The notes under the pieces: model-generated
What the model was told of the DNA's origin: nothing
Databases searched by the model: none
Seen by the model: only the letters and a program-made list of their open reading frames with translations
Origin: Felis catus
Lineage: Eukaryota
DNA length: 64,000 bases
Direction of reading: 5' to 3'
Assembly (NCBI RefSeq): GCF_018350175.1
Contig: NC_058368.1
Location: forward strand, 230,332,001 to 230,396,000
Position numbers and translations under genes: made by a program
Shown here: in pieces, positions 12,373 to 21,437 of the stretch
Layout: each line of letters starts with the position of its first letter
Numbering within the stretch: the stretch's first letter is position 1

Positions 12373-13370
12373 AAAGCCAGGCTGCGATGCAGGGGAGCAA
12401 AGAAGACGTAGGGGGTCCCCAAACCACAGCCGGAAGGCAGATCAGAGAGAGCAGGCAAGAAATCCAGAGAGAACCCAAGAACAGATTTCCTGAATTTTCA
12501 AAAGAAGTTTAAAAGGTCAAGCAGGAATCAGCAAGTTGAAAAATTCAGAGAGGACGAGTCTGGGGTTTGCTGGAAACCCATGAAAGTGCCCGGGAGGCCC
12601 CACCCCCGAGTTTCATCCAAGGTGGGGAGGAGGTGAGACTTGAAAACCCCAGAGAGGGATTGGTGGCTGCTCCCATGTGGAATTCTGGGAAGACCCAAGC
12701 CGTTGAGGAGGAAAGCAGCATGGCACCAGGGAGCCTCCACTTCCCCTCGGCCTGCGGGAATTCCAGATGTTTCCACAGGATGCCTGCAGAAGGGCCCAGA
12801 GTATCGGCGGCCTGGACGAGGGTCTCAGGACCAGGAAGGCCGAGGGCGGTGTGGACATTGTTGCTAGCGCCTTCTACTGCCCTTGACCCGAACACCGTGG
12901 AGTTCACCGAGGCCAGCGAGACGCCAGCCCTGCTTCCTGCCAGTGACCCGCGACCTGCCCAGGGTGAAGATGCTCTGAACAGCATGAGGATTTTCCTCTT
13001 GGGGACAGAATTGCCTCTGACAAGAGACGCGCTGGACTCTGAACAGGATGGAAAAAAAGTTTCAGGCCCAGCCAGGAGAAGCTCAGGGACAAACGGGAGT
13101 TTGTTTGGAGACAAAAAGCAGTCACATTTCTGCACCAGCGATCAACAGTGTGTAGACCTCAGCCTGCGGCCGTAGGGACGTGATAAGGACGACCGAGCTG
13201 TAGACCTCAGGCGCTGTCAGCGCCCTCCACTCTCCGCTGCGGAGGTGGGGGTGAAGTTGATTGTCGCGGTGTCTTGAAATGGAGATGAAGTTGGTCTGGA
13301 AGGATAAGATGCCAGGCAGAAATTCACTTAGAAAATGCTCCAAGTATGTGAAAAAGGCAAGTTCTCCAAG
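12373..13370 (+). pseudogene. Candidate large decayed exon of an unidentified gene fossil
   Basis: Acceptor ttctttgcttttAG (12371-72). Frame 12375-13172 has only two stops (TAA 12510, TGA 12537) and includes the 202-aa ORF. The 3' part 13261-13370 is open in another frame up to AG|GTAGTG, so at least one frameshift is required. Confidence 0.4.
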
Positions 13371-13392
13371 GTAGTGTAGCGTGGGAGGACTT

Positions 13393-13394
<2 letters not shown>

Positions 13395-13440
<46 letters not shown>
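13395..13440. repeat. (TG)n microsatellite
   Basis: Seen directly. Confidence 0.98.
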
Positions 13441-13441
<1 letters not shown>

Positions 13442-14289
13442 TCACAGGGTATAAGCGGCATGAGAGGGACCCTGCTGGGACCAGTCACAGGGGAAAGTCA
13501 GACGGAGAGGACAGGGAAGTGTGGGCCCCATGGATGAATTCCGCATCGCAGAGCATCGGACTTTGTCTTTGAGACTAAAGGCTGACTCCCCAGGTGTTCT
13601 GAGCAAGGATTGACAGAATCAGAACTGAGTTGTAGGAAGATTACAGTGATTATAACGTGTAGGATGGAGTGAAGGGTTGGATCCATGAGCTGTCACAAAA
13701 GATGACTTTGGGGTTTTAAACCTCAGAAAACAATGTTATAAATAGAAGCAATGAAGGCAGAGGAGAAATTAAGTTTGAGGGGAAGATAAGGATTCACATT
13801 AGATGTGTCAAACGTGGTGTGGCAGTTCAGTCAATCAGCAAAGATTCTTTGAACACCTACTAGGCACCAGGCCCGGCTTAGTGCTGGTGTTGCAGTGAGC
13901 AAAGAACTGAAAGCATTTGGACTCCACGAGGGTAGGAACCCCATTGGGAGTTAGTTTGATTTATTTTGATCCAGCCACTCCCCACCACAGGACCTAGCCC
14001 ATTGGAAGGGCTCAAATGTTGGTCAATGAAGAGAGATCTAAACAGACTGGTACCTCCAAATGGAAAGGTCTGAGCGATTACAAATGCTGCCTGGATTCTC
14101 ATCCGTGTTAATTACTTCCGATTACTTTCGTCTTGAATGAAGCTACACCTGTTTCCAAAGTAAGAGCCAGACCAACACAACACACGTTTTCAAAAAGTAA
14201 CATAGATTTCACATTGCGTGCAGTCATTCACTGATTTTAAGTTTGTAATTAATGGATCCTGGGGAGAAGAGAACACACATGCCCTATAT

Positions 14290-14491
14290 CAGGTTTGGCA
14301 AACTATAGTTCCAGCCCACAACCTGTCTTTTAAATAAAGTTTTATTGTAACACAGGCCGTGCTCATTTGTTTACGTATTGTCCCTGGCTTCTGCTGCACT
14401 ACAACAGAGGAAGGAGTAATTGTGAGAGACGATCTTGCAAAACCTAAGATATTTACTGCCTGGCACTGTAAAGCACCTTTGCTGACCCCTG
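14290..14491 (+). mobile_element. MER58A hAT-Charlie MITE
   Basis: TIRs caggtttggcaaac / tttgctgacccctg; internal aataaagttttattg. Confidence 0.85.
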
Positions 14492-14961
14492 CTTCTCAAC
14501 CAAGATGTGATAAGTTACGAGCGGGTTTGCAAATGAAATCGATTGACAGCTTTCTTAAAAAAAGAAGATGTGATTGTAATCTAAACAGAAGGTAATGTTG
14601 CTTAGGCATACAATTTAAAACACTAATTACACATCTGTACAGTAATTAAAGCAAGGCTTTTAATAGGCAGCACTATGAATCCAGTGTAATGAATGTACTT
14701 AAAAGGAATATATTTTCTTTATTCTGCAAAATCTCCTCTAATTCACACATTATATAAGCAAACCAAACCACTGATGTCTTCTATGGAATCATGATTTTTT
14801 TCCCCCAGAAAATTGTTTGGTGAGCTCTAGTTAAAATGAGCATAAAATGGTTTCATTAAACAATGAATTAATATTATGCGATTTTTATCAGTGAGAACAT
14901 ATTTAAAACTATAGGCAGTACTTAACAAGTTGAGCTCCTTTTGGCCCCTTGGGCCCTCCTC

Positions 14962-15019
14962 GTTCTTTCTTTTTCTTATTCTTTTTCTTCTCTTTTTCTT
15001 TTTCTTTTTTTCTTTCTTT

Positions 15020-15056
<37 letters not shown>
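14962..15056. repeat. T-rich / poly(T) tract
   Basis: Seen directly. Confidence 0.95.
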
Positions 15057-15057
<1 letters not shown>

Positions 15058-15180
15058 GACAACACATCAGTCAAAGAAGTGGGTCTCCTGTGGTCTGTCT
15101 CATGCTGGGAGTGAGAGGGTTTTCCTTCCAGCAGGGCACCTCCACCAGTGATTCCCTTTGCTTTGTGTTCCACGGCCACG

Positions 15181-15200
15181 AACACACACATGCATGCCAA

Positions 15201-15234
<34 letters not shown>

Positions 15235-15274
15235 CCACATGCGCACACGCACAGGCACACGTACACACACACAC
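15181..15274. repeat. Imperfect (CA)n
   Basis: Seen directly. Confidence 0.95.
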
Positions 15275-15469
15275 CCATTTGTGGTTTGGGTATGATCAAG
15301 GGCCTAGGCCTCTGATCTCTCACTTCGTGAGCAACTCAAAAGCAGAGAAAAAAGGCAGAAAAACACTTCTGAGTGTAGGATGTGGAAAGAATTACTATAG
15401 CCGTAAAGACTAATTTGACCTTGGGGACTGATGAATGACTATGGAGGTAGTTCAGAAAAGAAGCTTTGT

Positions 15470-15712
15470 GGGGCGCCTGGGTGGCTCAGTCGGTTAAGCA
15501 TCTGACTCTTGATTTGGGCTCAGGTCATGATCTCATGGATGTGACATCGAGCCCCTCGTTGGGCTATGCGCTGAGCAAGGAGCCTGCTTAAGTTTCATTC
15601 CCTCTCTCTCTCTCTCTGTGCCTCTTTCCCTCATGCGCACATGTGCGCTCTCTCGGAAGGAAGGAAGGAAGGAAGGAAGGAAGGAAGGAAGGAAGGAAGG
15701 AAGGAAGGAAAA
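15470..15712 (+). mobile_element. Can-SINE with (GGAA)n tail
   Basis: Head ggggcgcctgggtggctcag; tail 15655-15710. Confidence 0.93.
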
Positions 15713-15926
15713 AGCAGTTTCAGATCACACTGAGCAGAGTAGCCTCATTTAACTAGCCAGTGGTCTCCTCTGGGGAGAACAGTCACATTAGTCCCAGAAC
15801 ATTGGCCAAAACTCTGCTTCCAGGCTGCACAGGAGAGCTGCACGCTCAGACCATGAGCCTTCTCCTTGAGTGACATACAAAAGGGAAGCTCTGTCCCCAG
15901 TGAAGGTCGCAGTCTTCTGTTTCCAG

Positions 15927-16167
15927 GCAGAATGTGGAAGTTGTCACTACGGACAGAAGATTGGATAGTATGAATGGAAGATCTGACTTGGTTCTCTGTG
16001 CCTTTCATTTGGCACAATGTAAGCCAAAACCTTTGAGGTATTTTGGCATTTTGACTCAGCAACATGGTAAAAGATCAGAGCACCAAGCAGTCCTATGCCT
16101 ACATGTGGATATGAAAGCACACCCATCCGTTTTAAAGATCGCTGCACCTTGCCTCATGGGGCCCAAG
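15927..16167 (+). pseudogene. Exon of gene fossil (241 nt, fully open, phase 2 to 0)
   Basis: Acceptor tcttctgtttccAG and donor AAG|GTGAGC. Encodes QNVEVVTTDRRLDSMNGRSDLVLCAFHLAQCKPKPLRYFGILTQQHGKRSEHQAVLCLHVDMKAHPSVLKIAAPCLMGPK. Confidence 0.6.
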
Positions 16168-16437
16168 GTGAGCCTGTGCATTCTGAACAGATAGCAGATC
16201 AAGAAAGCTAAATTCTTTCTGTTTCCAAGGCAACTGAATGACAAATAGCTTGATTCTTAATCCAATAGATGATATGATGGTGCTGGTACATTTTCAATTA
16301 GAAAATGGCTATAGGAAAACAGACAGCCCTGAATCCGCTCCATGCTTGCCCAAGGAGCCTATTTCCCTAATAGTCTTCCTGAAAGATGCCCTAACAACAT
16401 CTGATGGAACATAGATTCAGCCTCTGATCTGTTGCAG

Positions 16438-16640
16438 AAAATGAGGCCAGAAACAAATATAGAGATAATATGGTAACTATATGCAGTGTGTTCCCACACT
16501 AATTCTATGGGACTGGTTCCAATGTCCCAGTGCCTTACTTAATCAGTTTATATACTCCTGAGAAAATATTCTGATGGAGGAAAGAGGAGACTGGGGATCA
16601 GAATGGCTACCGAACCGACATTTCCACGAAGCCTGGAAGG
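16438..16640 (+). pseudogene. Exon of gene fossil (203 nt, phase 0 to 2, two premature TAA)
   Basis: Acceptor ctctgatctgttgcAG and donor GG|GTGAGT. Encodes KMRPETNIEIIW*LYAVCSHTNSMGLVPMSQCLT*SVYILLRKYSDGGKRRLGIRMATEPTFPRSLE, with stops at 16474 and 16540. Confidence 0.55.
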
Positions 16641-17087
16641 GTGAGTAGACTTTGAAGGATAAGAGGGGGGTACAGCCCCAGACATGAAGCGAGAAAGATG
16701 GCGTGACTTTCAGCACTGCTACTTAACTAACTGTGGCATGGCCGTGACAGGGAAGGACAGGGAAGTTGGAAGACATTGCTGAGGTTTGAGAGATTATCCT
16801 TCTGGGAAATTTGGGTGTTATCTTGCAGGCAGGGTGAGATCAGCCACATATTAGAAGTAGAAATCGAGCAGGATGGATAGAAGAAGTAGGAGATGAAGCA
16901 GAGGCCATTCTTTAATGTACATGCACCTATTGATTAAGAATCATCGTTTGCTCACGTCTCCCCTCCATGCTTCCGTCCATTGTCAACAGCAGCTCCACGC
17001 CAGCTGGCATCACCCCTGCCTGTCCCACCACGAGTCTCCTAGCTGCGAGCACTTCTGGGCTCATCTCATTCTTCTCACAACAGAGTA

Positions 17088-17571
17088 CAGTAAGACCCGT
17101 GTTTTTTAAATATTTTTTTTCAACATTTATTTATTTTTGGGACAGAGAAAGACAGAGCATGAACGGGGGAGGGGCAGAGAGAGAGGGAGACACAGAATCG
17201 GAAACAGGCCCCAGGCTCTGAGCCATCAGCCCAGAGCCCGACGTGGGGCTCGAACTCACGGACCTCACGGACCGCGAGATCGTGACCTGGCTGAAGTCGG
17301 ACGCTTAACCGACTGCGCCACCCAGGCGCCCCAGTAAGACCCGTGTTTGAGAGCACAGTTTGTTCTGGAAACATGCTTGTAAACCACAGCACTTGTAAAT
17401 CAAAGCGAATTTCAAGAACCGTTGGCTCAGTTGTGCCCATGTAACATTTGGCATCATGTACTACTCGTATTTTAAGATCTCGCTCATTCATCAAGTTAAA
17501 ATTTATTAGAAAGGTTTGCTCGTCTTGCAGAACACTCGCGGAGCAAGGTGCTTGCAATCCAAGGTTTTACT
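17088..17571 (+). mobile_element. Short Tigger/pogo-like MITE (contains a SINE)
   Basis: Starts TA|cagtaag and ends ccaaggttttact; homologous to both ends of 31926-32717. Confidence 0.85.
17105..17331 (-). mobile_element. Can-SINE, young felid subfamily
   Basis: TSD cagtaagacccgtgttt (17088-17104 and 17332-17348); internal 9-bp tandem duplication ctcacggac (17255-17272). Confidence 0.97.
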
Positions 17572-18439
17572 TGGATTTATTTTTCAGCTGTGGAAGTCAG
17601 CATGCCCCTCCCCCATGCAGACCATCATTGTCTTCCCATTACATCTAAGATCAGGTCTGACGTCTTCACAAAAATACCCTATCAGATGGCATCTTACCTA
17701 GCCTTCCTGGCTCTCCTGTCACCCCCGTGTCATTTACTCCTACTACTTCTGCTTTGTGGGCCAGCCCCGGGGGGCCACCATGTGTGCACCTGAAGGCCCT
17801 CCCATGGGCACAGTCCTCTGCCTTAGATTTTCTTAGGATTCCCTCTACCTCACTTGGCCAACCCTACTGGTCTCTCAGGCGTGCGCAGGAGAACCATGTT
17901 CCTGACCCTCACCAACACCCGCCCATCTAAACTGGATTCTTTGTTAAAAGACACCTGGCATCCTTAACCTTTCCTTCTTGACACGTACCATAGTTTGTCA
18001 CAGTCCACAAGGTGTATGTGCTTTTCGTTGATGTGGGACAGTCTGCAGTATCTCTATCCCAAAAGTCTGTACCCAGCTCGTGGCAGATAGGAACCTTTGT
18101 GGAAGAAGGGAGGGTAGAAGAGAGGCCACTGAGCATGAGAGAGAGGCATAAATCGCAAACAAGTAATTCAATAGGGTGTGATAAATGAGTGCCCTAGCCC
18201 TTGAGGGCACATGGGACCTTCCCTGAGGGAGTATGTGCAGGTAGGTGACACAGGGGACATACAGGAGAAGCTAATACAGTATTAGCCTGAGAGCTGGAGC
18301 TACCAGCCTCCATTCTGGAAGGAAGGAGGGAGCCAAGGAGGGAGAAGGGGCCAAGCACAGGTGCCAGAATGCACGAAGGGGAAATAGATCCTGTGATCGC
18401 ATCCTGGCTCTGTTCCTCCCTTGCTGCATGATCCCGGGG

Positions 18440-18595
18440 CATCCACTTACATGTTGGGTGTGCTGGGTTCCTAATCTGTCAGGTCGAGATGGTAATGATG
18501 GTCCTGCCCCACTGGGCGGTTTTGAAGATGAAGGAAGTTAGTGTTTGAAAGGTGCTCAGAATGTCTTGTCTGTATTGTAAGAGCTACCTCCGTGT
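18440..18595 (+). mobile_element. MIR fragment
   Basis: Diverged core and tail. Confidence 0.5.
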
Positions 18596-19477
18596 GTCAA
18601 AACACCAGCTCTGAAAGGGAGCAAAGACGTGAGGGAGGGAGGCGATCAGGGAAAGCAAACATGGGGACCAGAGATGCTGGTAGGACTTCTGACTGCTGAC
18701 TGGTGGCTGAGAGCACGGGATGCTGAGACACATTCATTCATTCATTCATTCATTCATTCATTCGCTTGGCAAACACAGCCTCTGCATGCGGCAAGGAACT
18801 GGGGATACAGGGGTTCCTGACCTCAGCTCTTATCCTCACTGAGTTTGCGCTGGTGGGACATGCACAGAGGAGACATCCAGCAGATGGAGAGAATGGCTGG
18901 ATGTGCAAAACATGTGGGAAAAGAGGGAAAGGCTCTGATTTCTGACCTCAGTGGACAGAAGAGACAAATTCACCTGCCAAGAGCAGAACTGACGGGGGCG
19001 GGGGTTGGAAAAAACGGGGATACATACCTATTGACAAGGGATGAGGGGTAGTTTTAGAGCTGAAACTCCAGCCCCTGTCTTGTGAGGAGCTCCCCCCCTC
19101 CCACCACTGCTCCTTGCCACGGTTCTCATTGTACATAAATATCCCTTTCTAAAGCCTAATTTTGTGTTTGCAGGCTTACGTTTTTTATAGAGGGGCCCAA
19201 AATTATTATATACGTTTAGATCCCCCAAATCCGAGATCTATCCGGGGATGAAAATGCACTGCTGAGCAACCTGGAGGGAGTAGAGAGGCCAGACAAGCCT
19301 GCTGTGGCCAGGAGGTGGCGGTGTGCAGGGGGCATCTGTGTGTGTGCACACGTGCACGTGGGAGGAAGGCCAGTACGCACAAAACCTAAAATTGCTTGTT
19401 CAGCATTTCACAGTGTCTTCATAAAGCATTAATCCTCAACAATCAGAAGGTCAGGTCCCATTATCCCCATTTTATTT

Positions 19478-19661
19478 ATTTATTCATTTAAGTTTCTTTA
19501 TTTTGAGAGAGAGAGTGTGGAAGGGGCAGAGAGAGGGAGAGAATCCCAAGCAGACTCTGCTCTGTCACTGCAGAGCCCGATGAGGGGCTCGAACACGAAC
19601 CTTGAGATCATGACCTGAGCCGAAGTCGGGCACCCGACCGACTGAGCCACCCAGGCACTCC
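19478..19661 (-). mobile_element. Can-SINE nested at the tail end of the adjacent SINE
   Basis: TSD atcccYattttattt (19463-19477 and 19662-19676). Confidence 0.93.
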
Positions 19662-19667
19662 ATCCCT

Positions 19668-20190
19668 ATTTTATTTTATTTTATTTTATTTTATTTTATT
19701 TTATTTTATTTTATTTTATTTTATTATTTTATTTTACTCTATTTTACTCTGTTTTATTTTATTTATTTTTATTCTATTCTATTTTATTCTATTTTACTTT
19801 ATTTTATTTTACTTATTTTTATTTTATTTTATTCTATTCTATTCTATTCTATTTTACTTTATTTTATTTTATTTTATTTATTTTTATTTTATTTTATTTT
19901 ATTTTATTTTACTTTATTTTACTTTACTTTCCTTTATATTTTATTTTACTTTACTTTATTTTTATTTTATTTTATTTTATTTTACTTTATTTTACTTTAC
20001 TTTATATTTTATTTTATTTTACTTTACTTTATTTATTTTATTTTATTTTATTATTTTATTTTATTTTACTTATTTTTATTTTTATTTTATTCTATTCTAT
20101 TTTATTTTACTTTATCTTATTTTATTTATTTTATTTTATTTTATTTTATTTTATTTTATTTTATTTTATTTTATCTTATTTTATTTTTTT
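19668..20190. repeat. About 520-bp (TTTTA)n with TTTAC/TTCTA variant units
   Basis: Seen directly; it is the expanded tail of the SINE at 20191-20379. Confidence 0.97.
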
Positions 20191-20379
20191 AAGGTTATTT
20201 ATAGTGAGAGGAGAGTGTGTGCATGTGCATGTAGGAGAGGCAGACAGAGAGAAGAGAAAGAGAATCCCAAGCAGTGAAGGAGGAGCCTGATGCAGGGCTC
20301 TGTGCCACCAATGGTGAGATTGTGACCTAAGCCACAATCAAGTTAGACACTTAACTGACTGAGCCACTCAGGTGCCTCC
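20191..20379 (-). mobile_element. Can-SINE (older) inserted in a MIR
   Basis: Outer TSD cccattatccccatt (19457-19471 and 20380-20394). Confidence 0.92.
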
Positions 20380-20599
20380 CCCATTATCCCCATTCTAGAA
20401 AGAACAGTGAGATGCAAGAACCCCTGAGTAACCGGACATTTCTGTGCCAGTTAGAAAGAGAATGTGAAGCCAGATTGGTCCCATTGCCACCTATGCCCTC
20501 TTGATGGAAACTAAGAGACATCAGGAGAAAAGCTTTGCCTTGGAGCGTGTTCCTGAGTGAGAACTGGCAGTCACTGTTTTGCGGCCAGCAGGTACACAC

Positions 20600-20850
20600 T
20601 AATGGCTAGCATCCATTGAAGGCTTACTCGCCCCGGCATCCCTTTCAGCAATTTGCCTCTATTATATCACCCGGTCCTCCCACCAGCCCATCAGCAGGAG
20701 TAATTTTATCATCCATGTTTTCTAGAAGGAGGAAACTGAGGATCCAGCCAATGAGTGACTTTCCCAGGGCCACGAAGCTAGTGGGATGAGTTCTGGAACT
20801 CACTGAGGCCATCTGCTTCCTGAGCTCACACCCATAGCCACCATGCTGGG
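20600..20850 (-). mobile_element. MIR
   Basis: gaggaaactgagg...gtgactttcccagggccac. Confidence 0.8.
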
Positions 20851-20935
20851 CTGACCCTCCTGGGTTTCCAGAGAAAATTGTACCCACAAGAGTGAATCAT
20901 TAGGAACTAACTATATCCTGAGGTCAAGAAGAATA

Positions 20936-21437
20936 CAGACCATCCCCAACTTACAGGGGTTTGACTCACGCATTTTTGACTTCATGATGATATGAAAGCA
21001 TTACCCCATTCAGAAGTACAATACTTCAGATTTTGAATTTCGATCATTTCCCGGGTTTGCACCATGCAGGACGATCCTGTCTCGTGATGCTGGGCCATGG
21101 AGAAAACCATAGCCTCTGGTCAGCCACGCGATCACAAAGTGTCAGCGGCCCATGCACTGACCTTCCCTCCCCATACTACCGCTCTGTTGTTCGGGTCCAG
21201 TTCAGCATCCAATAAATGACATGAGATAGCCAACGCTTTATTGTAAAATCAGCTTTCTGCTAGAGGACTTTTGCCGAACTAATATAAGGTTGATGTAAGT
21301 GTCCTAAAAATGTTTAAGGTAGGCGGGGCTAGTCTATGGCGGCCGGTACAGTGGGTGTATTAAACATATTTTCAACTTACAGTGTTTTCACTTTCTGATG
21401 CATTTATCAGGACGTAACTCCATCATAAGAATATCTG
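20936..21437 (-). mobile_element. MER47/Tigger5-family DNA transposon
   Basis: TA|cagacc...atctg|TA termini with MER47-like internal sequence. Confidence 0.8.

Larger units (their letters stand above)
17084..17793 (+). pseudogene. Probable last coding exon of gene fossil, interrupted by MITE and SINE
   Basis: Acceptor ctcattcttctcacaacAG (17082-83). Removing 17088-17571 gives GG|A GTA TGG..., in frame with ORF 17548-17793 (VWIYFSAVEVSMPLPH...HHVCT*). Confidence 0.5.

Noticed and set aside
15927..16640. Alternative Trp-rich frame of the same exons (RMWKLSLRTEDWIV*…LILWDWFQCP…RHFHEAWK)
   Set aside because: It has nine stops in two exons. The TGG/TGA excess is what NTG codons of the open frame produce when read one base shifted.
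16128..16640. VLKIAAPC resembles the VLKIxGPC motif of phospholipid scramblases
   Set aside because: The motif is short and the spacing to downstream scramblase motifs does not fit. A profile search is needed before any naming.
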